Made by a program: the position numbers and the translations under genes. The notes under the pieces are model-generated. The model saw only the letters and a list, made by a program, of their open reading frames with translations. It did not search any database and had not been told where the DNA came from. 64,000 nt of DNA, from positions 416,001 through 480,000 of the forward strand of contig CAVTRN010000002.1 in the NCBI GenBank assembly GCA_963737155.1. Reading direction: 5' to 3'. Position 1 is the first letter of the stretch. Each line of letters begins with the position of its first letter. The DNA is from Nitrospirota bacterium (GTDB lineage Bacteria > Nitrospirota > UBA9217). Positions 1 through 10,442 of this stretch are shown one piece after another.

Positions 1-79
1 GATCATTTTTACAGTTTATTTCTCAGGCTGTGCCGATTCGCAAATTACAAAATCAAAACGACTTCGCGATGGAGTTTCT

Positions 80-991
80 TTACAGCTGCTCCACCTGATA
101 CCCCTTTTGCCTCAGCGATGAAAGAATGCCGTCCTTGCCCACGAGGTGCGCTGCACCGAGGATGATCATGGCGTTTTCTTTTTGGCCGATGAGGGATTCT
201 ATCTTGGGCATCCAGTTTTTGTTTCTGTCAGTGATGAGTTTCTGATACACATCGGGGCGGTCCTGGAAACTTTTTAGCAAGACCGTTTCGAGCGCCTCCG
301 CGTTTCCTGACTTCCAGGCCTCGATGATTACGTTGACATCCTTCTGCACATTATCGATGTCATCCATGATCTCGAGCAGAATCGCCTCTTGCATCCCGGC
401 AGGCATATCTCCCAGGAGGCTCAGTTGATACTCCGCGGTTTCAAAACCGCCGATCTTCTTCTTGTCTTTTTTGGCTTTTTTATAAAAATAATTGTCAACG
501 CCCTTACTCTGATCAAAACCAAGCCGTTGCAGTTCGATTACCTCGATGGACATCGCCAGGAGCCACGGCTTGAACTGATCGAATTTCTCGATATTGAGAC
601 CCTGATCCGTCAGTCGTTTCTTTACTAATTCGTAAGTCTGCTTGGAAAGATCATCTTTGAGCGTCCGGCCGTCATGGTAGGCGCCCTTGGCGACCGTAAG
701 TTGTTGGAGTTTCTGGGCGTTCTCCTGGTCGAAGTTTATTTCGAAGAACAGCCGAGGAGAGTTTTCGTAGGCTTTTTCGATGCTCTCGTCGAGGGGATAG
801 GCGTCCTGCTTGAGCACATGAACGGACCCGAGGAGGTAGACTGTGTTGTTCTTTGAACTTATCTTCCAGAGAGGATGTTTCCGATCATGTCCCTTCGACT
901 GCTGCGCGAATACGTTTATGCAAAGGAGAAACAGAAGAATTGCTGACAGGACCGAGATTGTTTTATGGAAGGCGCGATTGGGCATGGCCAT
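80..991 (-). CDS. TraB/GumN (Tiki superfamily) periplasmic protein
   Basis: Signal peptide, then LWKI..VYLLGSVH, FETAEYQL, DRNKNW and GAAHLVG motifs typical of TraB/GumN; AAGGGAG RBS. Confidence 0.88.
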   Translation of the reverse strand: MAMPNRAFHKTISVLSAILLFLLCINVFAQQSKGHDRKHPLWKISSKNNTVYLLGSVHVLKQDAYPLDESIEKAYENSPRLFFEINFDQENAQKLQQLTVAKGAYHDGRTLKDDLSKQTYELVKKRLTDQGLNIEKFDQFKPWLLAMSIEVIELQRLGFDQSKGVDNYFYKKAKKDKKKIGGFETAEYQLSLLGDMPAGMQEAILLEIMDDIDNVQKDVNVIIEAWKSGNAEALETVLLKSFQDRPDVYQKLITDRNKNWMPKIESLIGQKENAMIILGAAHLVGKDGILSSLRQKGYQVEQL

Positions 992-1476
992 CTCCCTTGT
1001 TTAAGTCTAGCGGCATAAGCAATGAATACACCACACCATTCAAAAATATCTCGTGAGAATATATGCCTGATCTGTGATGATGTCAACGAAAGCGGTGAAA
1101 GCGATGAGGTCTTTAATAGTTGTATATAACGGCCACACGTGTCAGCTTTTATTGACTGTATAAATTTGATACATATTGTATAAACAATTGCATCACAATA
1201 ATAATGTTGTATCAAATAGATACATCATGATATCGTATTTGAAAATTAAATAGAACCTGATTTATCGTTGTATACTTTCTGGCCACTTATTGCAAAAATT
1301 TGACAACTACTTAAGTATCATTGTCCGCGACATGGGAAATTGGAGGTCAAAAGTGAATTTTACTATCTCATAGCATGTTCCAAAAATAATGACGATGAGC
1401 CAATAACTTATTGAAAGTATGAGAAATAAATGTATTAAGGGAATTTCATCATCTTTTGGCATTCTCCTGCATTCAT

Positions 1477-1493
1477 TCGGCATCTTTCTTGCT
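1477..1493 (+). promoter_or_regulatory. sigma54 (-24/-12) promoter upstream of glmS
   Basis: TCGGCATCTTTCTTGCT: GG-N10-GC spacing with TTGC, about 80 bp before the ATG. Confidence 0.6.
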
Positions 1494-1573
1494 TCATAAT
1501 AAAATGTGTTTCAGGTTGAGGATAGAAATGCCGTTGTCGACATTTTGAGAACCGGCAGTTCGGGGGCGAAATC

Positions 1574-3646
1574 ATGTGCGGTATCGTAGGATATGTTGGG
1601 AAAAAAGATTCTTTGCAAGTACTCTTTGATGGTCTTACCCGTTTGGAGTACCGTGGTTACGATTCGTCAGGAATTGCATTTAAGAACGGATCGGGAATCG
1701 AGGTTTACAAGACTCCAGGCAGGCTGAAAGACCTTCAGAAGATGCTGCCGGTCCCATTACCAGCCATTACGATCGGTCTCGGACACACGCGATGGGCCAC
1801 CCACGGGGCACCGTCGGCAGCCAATGCCCATCCGCACACCGCGAAAGGCGTCTCCGTGGTACACAACGGCATCATTGAAAATTACCGCGAGTTAAGGACC
1901 GAATTGGCGTCTGCAGGACATGTTTTTACATCCCAGACGGACACGGAAGTGGTACCTCACCTCATATCCCGCTACCTTGACAGCGGTTTTTCTATCGAGG
2001 AGTCGATCCGACGGGCGATCGCGCACCTTCGCGGGGCTTACGCCCTGGGGATCATGCACGAAGACACGCCAGATACGCTGTTCGCGATCCGCAACGGCAG
2101 CCCGCTCGTCATTGGAATGGGCACGGATGCACAGTACATCGCATCCGATGTTCCCGCGCTCCTGCCCTATACGAAAAACTTCATTTATCTCGAAGATCTG
2201 CACATGGCCATACTCCGGAGTGGCGGGGTCGAGCTGAAACATATCGAATCCCTGGAGAATCTGGAGCTTGAAGGGAAAATCGTAACGGTTAACTGGACGC
2301 CTGCAATGGCTGAGAAGCAGGGATACGACCATTTCATGCTCAAGGAGATATACGAGCAACCCCAGGGGGTCATGGATACCCTGAGGGAGTGGATCGATGA
2401 CACGAACAAGCTCATGGATGAGATGGGCATCTCGGGCACCATCAAGGATCTCAGGCGGCTCCATATCGCAGCCTGCGGTACGTCGTACCATGCCGGTCTG
2501 GTTGGCCGGTACATGATCGAGAAGTTCGTGCGCATTCCCGTGGCCGTGGACACCGCCTCGGAGTTCCGGGACATGTCTCCGGTCATCCCGAAAGGAACGG
2601 TACTCATCACCATTACGCAGTCAGGAGAAACAGCCGATACCCTTGCAGCACAACGCGAAGCGAAGGAAAAAGGAGCGAGGACCCTGACGATCTGCAATGT
2701 CGTCGGCAGCACGACCACGCGCGAGGCTGATTCGGTCTTCTACACGCGTGCGGGGATTGAGATTGGCGTGGTATCCACCAAGGCCTTTACCGCTCAGCTC
2801 GCAGCCCTGAGTCTCCTGGGTATTGCCCTGGGTACTAAGAAAGGCAAGCTCAGCGACCTCGAGATTCAGACGCTCAAACCATTCATGCTCGATCTGCCGA
2901 GGCTCATTCGGCTGGCGCTCCGGACCGATGGAGCGGTCAAGGAAATCGCAAAGACCCTGGTGGGCGCGAAGAGCATGCTGTACGTTGGCCGGGGGATCAA
3001 CTACCCCGTTGCGCTCGAAGGCGCGCTCAAAATGAAGGAGCTCGCCTACATTCACGCAGATGGATATCCGGCGGGAGAAATGAAACATGGCCCCATCGCG
3101 CTGATTGAGGACGGAGTCCCTGTCGTATTTCTGGCAACGATCGACGGCATGCACGATAAGATCCTATCGAACATCGAGGAGGTGAAGGCGCGGGGAGGGA
3201 GGATCATCGTGGTTACGGATTCACCCGCCGCCTTCCGCGACAAGGCGGACGACATGATCGTGGTGCCGTCGACACACCCTGCGCTCGTTCCTTTTGTGAC
3301 CATTGTGCCGCTGCAGCTCCTTGCATATCACGTCGCCGTGATCAAAGGCTGTAATGTAGACCAGCCGAGGAATTTGTCTAAAAGCGTGACCGCCGATAAT
3401 GACAAGTGTCATAGTCCCGGGTGCAGCTATTCGAAATTCTGCCGGAAAAGCGCAGCATGCGAGGCCATCACGCCGGATGAGAAAAAAAACATCGCCCACA
3501 CGGTGGTCAGGCTTATGAAAGTCAGTGATTGGCAGCAATTTTCTGCTTCCAGCCTGCTTGAATCCAGCGGGCAAGAACTGCATAAAGCAGTGCATAGGGA
3601 ACAGGCGTCGAAGGGGTTAAGTACCTGCTTCGAGTCTCCCTACTAG
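1574..3646 (+). CDS. glmS: Glutamine--fructose-6-phosphate aminotransferase with an ~80 aa non-canonical C-terminal extension
   Basis: MCGIVG (Cys1), GHTRWATHG, HNGIIEN, QSGETADT, EGALKMKE, GEMKHGP, PRNLSKSVT; the frame continues past the usual ...SVTVE end. Confidence 0.95.
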   Translation: MCGIVGYVGKKDSLQVLFDGLTRLEYRGYDSSGIAFKNGSGIEVYKTPGRLKDLQKMLPVPLPAITIGLGHTRWATHGAPSAANAHPHTAKGVSVVHNGIIENYRELRTELASAGHVFTSQTDTEVVPHLISRYLDSGFSIEESIRRAIAHLRGAYALGIMHEDTPDTLFAIRNGSPLVIGMGTDAQYIASDVPALLPYTKNFIYLEDLHMAILRSGGVELKHIESLENLELEGKIVTVNWTPAMAEKQGYDHFMLKEIYEQPQGVMDTLREWIDDTNKLMDEMGISGTIKDLRRLHIAACGTSYHAGLVGRYMIEKFVRIPVAVDTASEFRDMSPVIPKGTVLITITQSGETADTLAAQREAKEKGARTLTICNVVGSTTTREADSVFYTRAGIEIGVVSTKAFTAQLAALSLLGIALGTKKGKLSDLEIQTLKPFMLDLPRLIRLALRTDGAVKEIAKTLVGAKSMLYVGRGINYPVALEGALKMKELAYIHADGYPAGEMKHGPIALIEDGVPVVFLATIDGMHDKILSNIEEVKARGGRIIVVTDSPAAFRDKADDMIVVPSTHPALVPFVTIVPLQLLAYHVAVIKGCNVDQPRNLSKSVTADNDKCHSPGCSYSKFCRKSAACEAITPDEKKNIAHTVVRLMKVSDWQQFSASSLLESSGQELHKAVHREQASKGLSTCFESPY

Positions 3647-3972
3647 TCTTTTCCCGTGGGGAACTAATTACGTCCTTTTTTGTTGGTATGCGTTCCCACT
3701 CATGATGGGTATTCCCACGTAAAAAAGGCCGGCTGGACTTATTCCTATCGGCCTTCAGCGGGTATCAGGATGCTCAATCTGTCTCTTTCGTATCTCCCCG
3801 GGTGCGATCTCCGCTTCAAGTACACAGTCTCAAACTGCAGCTCTCCGCCTATCTTGTAGCCGTCATGCAGCCCAGCCAGGTAATTTTTTTTACAAGCATA
3901 ACCTTCGAGTGATCCGATGATGTCCAAAGGACAGAGCCGAGGCGAGATCCTCAGGCTAAGAACGCCAGGTAA

Positions 3973-4010
3973 AGGAAAAGGCCAGGAGATATTCCTCCAC
4001 ACCTTTTCCT
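3973..4010 (-). terminator. Hairpin directly downstream of the tRNA fragment
   Basis: AGGAAAAGG...CCTTTTCCT inverted repeat. Confidence 0.4.
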
Positions 4011-4014
4011 TATT

Positions 4015-4052
4015 TGGCAGCGGGGCCTGATTTGAACCAATGACCTTCGGGT
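4015..4052 (-). pseudogene. Degenerate 3' half of an initiator tRNA-Met (att-site-like scar)
   Basis: Minus strand ACCCGAAGGTCATTGGTTCAAATCAGGCCCCGCTGCCA aligns with the tRNA-fMet 3' half ACCCGAAGGTCGTCGGTTCAAATCCGGCCCCCGCAACCA; no 5' half present. Confidence 0.7.
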
Positions 4053-4242
4053 CAGTCACCCCAAGGATTCTTTAACACTCCCGCTGCTCCATATCATCAA
4101 ACTGTCATTCGTTTGAAGCGGAACCGGCAAATACTCGCTGAGTGATATTGAGAACAGCTAGATGTTTTATGGTTCAACCGGACGATTAAGCTCCATACAT
4201 TTTTGATATAATGTCCTTCTAGCGGTACCTTGGGTTTCAAGC

Positions 4243-4277
4243 CAGGAGATGTCAGCCGCACCGGCTGACATCTCCTG
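4243..4277. repeat. Perfect 16-bp inverted repeat with a 3-nt loop
   Basis: CAGGAGATGTCAGCCG-CAC-CGGCTGACATCTCCTG. Confidence 0.9.
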
Positions 4278-4704
4278 AACTTTGCAAGTCCGTGCGCTGT
4301 TCACAAACGATTTCGTTGTAGGACACGCTATTTGCCCAACCAGTATTTTTAGGCAGTTTTTACCATCAGTCTCGCCAAGCCGGAGTTCTTGCGCTGGCCC
4401 TTCCCGAGATGCCACGGCACTCCATCCACGACAAAGACCAACCTGCATGTCCTGCCGTCCCACCGGTCATCCGGTTATGTTCATGCAAGTATTGCGAGCG
4501 AAGCGAAACAATGGAGATGTTTGTAAGCCATTGTAAAATTAAAATTATTATTCTGGCAATGGCAGATCATAAAGAAGTTATAGTTCGTACCAACCCGGAG
4601 CCATGGAGAATTTGTTGGTATAATTAATAAACGTGGGTTGTGTTCATTTTTAGTAGATCATGAACGTGTTAGCAGCATTTCCGAAAAAACAGTCTCATCG
4701 CTGA

Positions 4705-7011
4705 ATGTATCGCATGGATGGTGACATCATGGACCCTCAAACAGAAACGACTTACGGTGCGCTTCTGGACAATGCATTGGATGCGGTGCTCCTTGCCAAC
4801 CCGGAGGGAACAATCCTCTACGCAAACCCGGCCGCTTGCGCATTGTTCGGTTACACGCTGGATGAGTTTCGCGCTTTGGGACGTGGTGCGGTCGTGGACC
4901 CCACAGACCCCGGACTCGTCGAAGCTCTGGAACAGCGTCGCCGGACCGGTAGATTTTCCGGTACCTTAAGAATGTTGCGGAAGGATCGAAGTCCCTGTAC
5001 GGTTGAGATGTCTTCGGCAGTGTTCACGGACGCCAACGGGGAGATACGCACAAGCATCTTTGTTCGGGACATCACCGAGCGCAAGCAGTCCGAGGATGCG
5101 CTAAGGCGAAGTGAAGCGAAATTTCGGGCAGTGGTCCAGAACAGCAATGACGGCATCATTTTTTGCGATGCAAATGCCTTGATTTCTTATCGGAGCCCGT
5201 CTTATAGCCGAATTAACGGTTATACGGAGGATGAACGGGTGGGACATAACGGATTTGAGATCGTGCATCCCGATGATCGAGACGCGCTACGCCGGTCTTG
5301 GGCCCAAATTGTGCAGCATCCGGAAATGCTGCTTAAGGCAGAGTATCGAATTCGGCACAAAAACGGAACGTGGCGATGGGTCGAAACAACGGTGCAAAAC
5401 CTGTTGGCCAACCCGGATATCCAGGAGATTGTCGTCACCAGTCATGACATCACCGAGCGTAAACAGTCTGAATTGGCCCTGAAACAAAGCGAAGCGAAAT
5501 ACCAGCGTCTCTATAATCAAACGCCTGTCCTGCTCCACTCCGTGGATCGGGATGCGCGATTGGTGGAAGTAAATGACTATTGGCTCAAGACAATGGGCTA
5601 TGAGCGAAATGAAGTGATCGGCAGAAAAGTGACTGATTTCTATACGGAGGCGTCGCGAAAGTACGCCCAGGAAGCCGCCCAGCCGGCTTTCTTTCGGGAT
5701 GGTCTCGTTAAAGATTTATACTATCAGCTCGTAAAAAAGAATGGCGAGGTGGTGGATGTGCATCTTTCGGCGACTGCCGAACGAGATGCTTCCGGCAATG
5801 TTGTCCGTTCCCAGGCGGTGATCGAGGATATAACCGAGCGCAAGAGAGCAGAAGATGCGCTGCGGGAAAGCGAAATTAAATTTCGCGCGGTGTTCGAAAA
5901 CTCCAGGGATGCTATCGGTATTTCAAAAAATGGTGTGCATTATTTTGCCAATCCCGCATATCTCAAATTATTTGGGCATGAGAGTAATGAAAAAATCGCA
6001 GGGACTTCGATACTTGACAACATTGCACCGAGCCATCATCAACAGATGATACAAAACATACGGCACAGAACTGCCGGAGAGCCGGTCCCATCACTCTACG
6101 TAACACGTGGCAGGAAAACGGATGGTACTGAGTTTTACATGGAGGTCAGCGCTGCCGCATTCGAGATGCAAGGTGAGACATATTCAGTAGCGAGCGTCCG
6201 GGATATCACGGAGCGCAAAAGGGTAGAGCAGGAACTCTCCGTCTACCACGACCACCTGGAGGAGCTGGTTAAGACACGAACTGCCGAACTGGCCGTCGCC
6301 AAGGAGCGGGCGGAGTCGGCGGACCGGTTGAAGTCTGCTTTTCTTGCTACGATGTCTCATGAGCTTAGGACCCCGCTCAACTCGATCATAGGATTCACGG
6401 GCATTCTTCTCCAGGGGTTGGCAGGCCCGCTGAATGAGGAACAGAATAAACAGCTGGGCATGGTGCGCGAAAGCTCCACCCATCTGCTCGAACTGATCAA
6501 TGACGTTTTGGACATCTCAAAGATTGAAGCCGGACAGCTGCAGGTCACCAAGGAGCTCTTTGATCCGCGCGCGGTGATCGAACGGGCCGCGCAGACCGTG
6601 AAACCCATGGTCGGGAAAAAAGGCCTTGCCCTGGAAGTAGTCATTGCACCGGAAGTTGGCATGATAACAAGTGATAGAAGGCGGGTGGAACAGGCCCTCC
6701 TGAACCTGCTCAGCAATGCCGTCAAATTTACCGACAAGGGTGGCATCAGCATTGCCTGCGAGACAAGCGGCACGGAGCTGATCATCAGAGTCAAGGACAC
6801 AGGCATCGGCATCAAGCACGAAGAGATGGACAGGCTTTTCGAACCGTTTCGGCAGCTCCAAAGTGGGATCGCGCGGCAGTATGAAGGAACCGGCCTGGGC
6901 CTTTGTATCAGCAAGAGGCTCCTCGAGCTTTTAGGCGGTACGATAAGCGTGAAAAGCATGTGGGGACAGGGCAGCACTTTCGTTTTAACCCTGCCAGTAT
7001 CTGTGCTATAG
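4705..7011 (+). CDS. Sensor histidine kinase with four PAS domains
   Basis: Four PAS/PAC units ending in DITERK; H-box MSHELRTPLNSIIG; NLLSNAVKFT, DTGIG, GTGLGL. Confidence 0.95.
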   Translation: MYRMDGDIMDPQTETTYGALLDNALDAVLLANPEGTILYANPAACALFGYTLDEFRALGRGAVVDPTDPGLVEALEQRRRTGRFSGTLRMLRKDRSPCTVEMSSAVFTDANGEIRTSIFVRDITERKQSEDALRRSEAKFRAVVQNSNDGIIFCDANALISYRSPSYSRINGYTEDERVGHNGFEIVHPDDRDALRRSWAQIVQHPEMLLKAEYRIRHKNGTWRWVETTVQNLLANPDIQEIVVTSHDITERKQSELALKQSEAKYQRLYNQTPVLLHSVDRDARLVEVNDYWLKTMGYERNEVIGRKVTDFYTEASRKYAQEAAQPAFFRDGLVKDLYYQLVKKNGEVVDVHLSATAERDASGNVVRSQAVIEDITERKRAEDALRESEIKFRAVFENSRDAIGISKNGVHYFANPAYLKLFGHESNEKIAGTSILDNIAPSHHQQMIQNIRHRTAGEPVPSLYVTRGRKTDGTEFYMEVSAAAFEMQGETYSVASVRDITERKRVEQELSVYHDHLEELVKTRTAELAVAKERAESADRLKSAFLATMSHELRTPLNSIIGFTGILLQGLAGPLNEEQNKQLGMVRESSTHLLELINDVLDISKIEAGQLQVTKELFDPRAVIERAAQTVKPMVGKKGLALEVVIAPEVGMITSDRRRVEQALLNLLSNAVKFTDKGGISIACETSGTELIIRVKDTGIGIKHEEMDRLFEPFRQLQSGIARQYEGTGLGLCISKRLLELLGGTISVKSMWGQGSTFVLTLPVSVL

Positions 7012-7024
7012 TTGTAAATATTAT

Positions 7025-7396
7025 ATGGCTCCACAGAAAAAAATTCTCTATATTGAGGATAATGAACAGAACCTCTACCTCGTTACGTTCTTACTCACCA
7101 AGCATGGTTACGAGGTAATCTCTGCACGGGATGGTCTGGCGGGCATCTCGGCAGCCGCGCACAATAAGCCGGATCTCATCCTCCTGGACATACAGCTGCC
7201 GTCCATGGACGGATACGCCGTTGCACGGTCACTCAGGGGCAATCGGGTCCTGTCACAGGTCCCTATAGTCGCTCTTACGTCCTATGCCATGACCGGCGAC
7301 CGCGAAAAAGCCTTGGAGTCTGGATGCACCGGCTATATCGAAAAACCAATCGATCCCGACACCTTCGTGGCGCAGGTCGGGCATTACCTGTCATGA
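7025..7396 (+). CDS. Single-domain response regulator (DivK-like)
   Basis: ILYIEDN, LILLDIQLP, ALTSYAM, YIEKP. Confidence 0.93.
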   Translation: MAPQKKILYIEDNEQNLYLVTFLLTKHGYEVISARDGLAGISAAAHNKPDLILLDIQLPSMDGYAVARSLRGNRVLSQVPIVALTSYAMTGDREKALESGCTGYIEKPIDPDTFVAQVGHYLS

Positions 7397-7420
7397 AGCA
7401 GGGCTAACGAGGGAAAACCG

Positions 7421-9460
7421 ATGACGACGATCCTGCTCGTTGACGACAATGAGCAAAACCGCTATATGCTGGAAGTACTTCTGAAGGCGCAGGGGTATGA
7501 GGTAGTGCTGGCCAACAATGGGGCCCAGGCGCTCGCTTTGGCCGTAATACATCCTCCCGATCTGATCATAACGGACATTTTGATGCCGGTTATAGATGGT
7601 TTTGCCCTGTGCCGGAAGTGGAAGGCGGATGATCGTCTCAAGGCCATTCCCTTCGTTTTCTATACAGCCACCTATACCAACCCCGAAGACGAGCGATTCG
7701 CCCTCAGCCTTGGCGCAGAACGGTTCATTATCAAACCGCAGCAGCCAGAAGTATTGGCTCAGATCGTGCGGGAGCTCCTGCACGATTTTCAAAAGGGAAC
7801 GCTGATCTCGACCGAGAAGCCCCTTGGCGAGGATATGGAGTTCTTCCGCCGGTACAATGAGGCTCTGTTCAACAAACTTGAGCAAAAGGTGATACAGATT
7901 GAAAATGCCAACCGAAAGCTGGAGCATGACGTTGCCGAGCGCTTGCGGGCGGAGGAGGCCCACCGCAGGGAGAAAGCATTTACCGATCTGGTCATCGACA
8001 GCCTTCCCGGCGTCTTCTACATTTGCGATGAAGACGGACGGCTGGTGCGTTGGAACAACAATGAAAAAGAGGTGACTGGCTATTCCCTCGAGGAACTCAT
8101 GCAGAAAAACGTACTGGAACTGTTCCAGGAGGACCGCGACCTTGTGGCAAGCAAGATACGCGAAGTTCTGGAGACTGGCCGGACCACCGTAGAGGCTTCC
8201 ATCGTGACAAAAAGCGGGATTCCCATCCCTTTTCTGCTCACGGGTTTGAGGATGGACACGGATGGCAAGAGATTTATCGTCGGTATGGGCATCGATATAT
8301 CGGAGCGAAAACACCTGGAGCAGCAGCTCCGCCAGGCGCACAAGATGGAAGCAGTGGGGCTGCTTGCGGGGGGGGTGGCCCATGATTTTAACAACATCCT
8401 CACGGCCATCATCGGCTACGGAAACCTTGTTAAGATGAAACTCTCCGGCGATGATCCGGTTCTCCATTATATCGACCAGATCCTCCTTGCTTCGGAGCGC
8501 GCCGCAAATCTCACGAACAGTCTCCTCGCCTTCAGCAGAAAGCAGATTATCAATCCCGTGCCCGTGAATGTGAACGAAATCATTTTCAGGATCGGCAAGC
8601 TGCTAACGCGGCTGATCGGCGAAGATATCGAGTTGAAAATGGATTTCGAAGGCCGCGACCTGATCATTCTGGCGGACGTTGGCCAGATCGAACAAATACT
8701 CATGAACCTTGCCACCAATGCCAGAGACGCCATCGTCGCGGGGGGTACACTGACCATTAAAACAGAGCAGTTCAATCTGGACGAGGAGTTCATCAACCTG
8801 CACGCGTATGGCAAAAAGGGAAGATACGCGCTGATCTCGGCGACGGACACCGGCGTCGGCATGAATGAAATGACGCGAACAAGGATCTTTCAGCCTTTTT
8901 TCACGACGAAAGAGGTCGGGAAGGGCACGGGGCTTGGCCTTTCGATGGTCTATGGCATCGTCAAGCAGCACGAAGGATTTATCACGGTCACGAGTGAACC
9001 GGGCATCGGCACCACCTTCAAGATATATCTTCCCCTGGTGCAATCACAGGCCCAGGAGATCGAGGTTGCGAGGCCTGTCGAACGGCGCACAGGCACCGAG
9101 ACGGTGCTCGTGGCTGAGGATGACGATACGGTGAGAAATTTGGTCATTACTCTTCTTGCGGAATCCGGTTATACGGTCATCAGCTCATCGGACGGTGAGC
9201 AGGCGGTGGAAGCCTTTCTGAAAAACAAGGATCGCATCCGTTTGCTCATTCTGGACCTGATCATGCCGAAGAAGAACGGCAAAGAGGTTTTAGATGCGAT
9301 CAGGGAAATTCAGCCGGACATAAAGGTGCTCTTTATGAGCGGCTATGCCGCAGACATTTTCGAGAAAAAGAATATCCCCGGGGAGGGATTGAACCTGTTG
9401 ACAAAGCCCATCTCACCCACCACGTTTCTCCAGAAAGTAAGAGAAACGCTGGATACGTGA
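7421..9460 (+). CDS. Hybrid REC-PAS-histidine kinase-REC protein
   Basis: N-terminal REC, PAS, AGGVAHDFNNIL H-box, HATPase and C-terminal REC. Confidence 0.95.
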   Translation: MTTILLVDDNEQNRYMLEVLLKAQGYEVVLANNGAQALALAVIHPPDLIITDILMPVIDGFALCRKWKADDRLKAIPFVFYTATYTNPEDERFALSLGAERFIIKPQQPEVLAQIVRELLHDFQKGTLISTEKPLGEDMEFFRRYNEALFNKLEQKVIQIENANRKLEHDVAERLRAEEAHRREKAFTDLVIDSLPGVFYICDEDGRLVRWNNNEKEVTGYSLEELMQKNVLELFQEDRDLVASKIREVLETGRTTVEASIVTKSGIPIPFLLTGLRMDTDGKRFIVGMGIDISERKHLEQQLRQAHKMEAVGLLAGGVAHDFNNILTAIIGYGNLVKMKLSGDDPVLHYIDQILLASERAANLTNSLLAFSRKQIINPVPVNVNEIIFRIGKLLTRLIGEDIELKMDFEGRDLIILADVGQIEQILMNLATNARDAIVAGGTLTIKTEQFNLDEEFINLHAYGKKGRYALISATDTGVGMNEMTRTRIFQPFFTTKEVGKGTGLGLSMVYGIVKQHEGFITVTSEPGIGTTFKIYLPLVQSQAQEIEVARPVERRTGTETVLVAEDDDTVRNLVITLLAESGYTVISSSDGEQAVEAFLKNKDRIRLLILDLIMPKKNGKEVLDAIREIQPDIKVLFMSGYAADIFEKKNIPGEGLNLLTKPISPTTFLQKVRETLDT

Positions 9461-9926
9461 GATATCCGGGCAAGACTGTCAGACGTTATTGCTTTTCCCA
9501 GGTTTCGTCGAAGCGCACGCTGGCAAGCTAGTATCCATAATCTATATGATTGTTTTAACTTCAGCGGCTGGTTATTTTCACTGGGGAGGTGCATGATACC
9601 AGCAAAGATGTGCATCACGATATCGTAGAAATGAGTGTACTAAGGAGCTGACCGGAGATCGCCCGACACGAGCCACTGTTGCGCTGATGACGGGTTGCGA
9701 AGCCTCATGGAAAACGTACCGAGTTGAGTCGAAATGGCGACAGGCCCCCTGGGAAATCCTCTCCCGACAGGGCATTATGGACAGAGTGCGATAGTGTTTT
9801 TGGGTAACTACTTGAGGCTGAAGAACAATTGCCTTCCGGCAGCGAGCCGTGCTCCCTGCATTTGGTGTATTGGTGGAAGTTTCAATTTAACCTTATGACG
9901 TTAGAACGAAGAGGGCGATATATATT

Positions 9927-10442
9927 TCATTTTACAGAAATTTCTTCCATCTGTTTATACATTGAGTAATATGCTGTAAATTCTTTTCTATACTTCGCAC
10001 TGATATTATTTCTAAAAAATTCTTTTTCACCTGAATTATACATTGACGCTATATCCTCGAGGGAAGCTTTTTTGTGTTTATCGAGAAGATACTTTATGAA
10101 TATGACAGAAGCTTTTATGTTTTTTTCCGGGTCGTACAAATCTTTTATAGTTTTTACTGCGGGATTAAAAAACCTTCCTGTGGTTAATGTCAATTGCATT
10201 ACACCGTGACTCTCTCTGCTAATCTTTTTCATGTTTTTCTTTTGTATATTTTTATTAAATGCTTTTGTTCGAAATCCGCTTTCTATTGCTGCAATTGTTA
10301 AAGAAATAGAAGGGTCGACATTATACATTATCGAATATTTTATTATCAGATTAATATTTAAAATTTTGTCAGCAGAGACCTTCGGGCAAAGAGAAAACAA
10401 TAAAATAATGCTTATCGTCAGAATGTAATTGGTTTTTTTCAT
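9927..10442 (-). CDS. Lytic transglycosylase (SLT domain), secreted, very AT-rich
   Basis: Signal peptide; AAIESGF (catalytic Glu), GVMQL, LYDPEKNI, MYNSG motifs. Confidence 0.85.
   Translation of the reverse strand: MKKTNYILTISIILLFSLCPKVSADKILNINLIIKYSIMYNVDPSISLTIAAIESGFRTKAFNKNIQKKNMKKISRESHGVMQLTLTTGRFFNPAVKTIKDLYDPEKNIKASVIFIKYLLDKHKKASLEDIASMYNSGEKEFFRNNISAKYRKEFTAYYSMYKQMEEISVK

Noticed and set aside
1455-1471. Second sigma54 site TTGGCATTCTCCTGCA
   Set aside because: GG-to-GC spacing is 9 rather than 10
1000-1573. glmS ribozyme upstream of glmS
   Set aside because: No recognisable ribozyme core; the leader is AT-rich with a sigma54-like site close to the start
4015-4052. Functional tRNA gene
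   Set aside because: No 5' acceptor strand or D arm, and the T-stem pairing is broken
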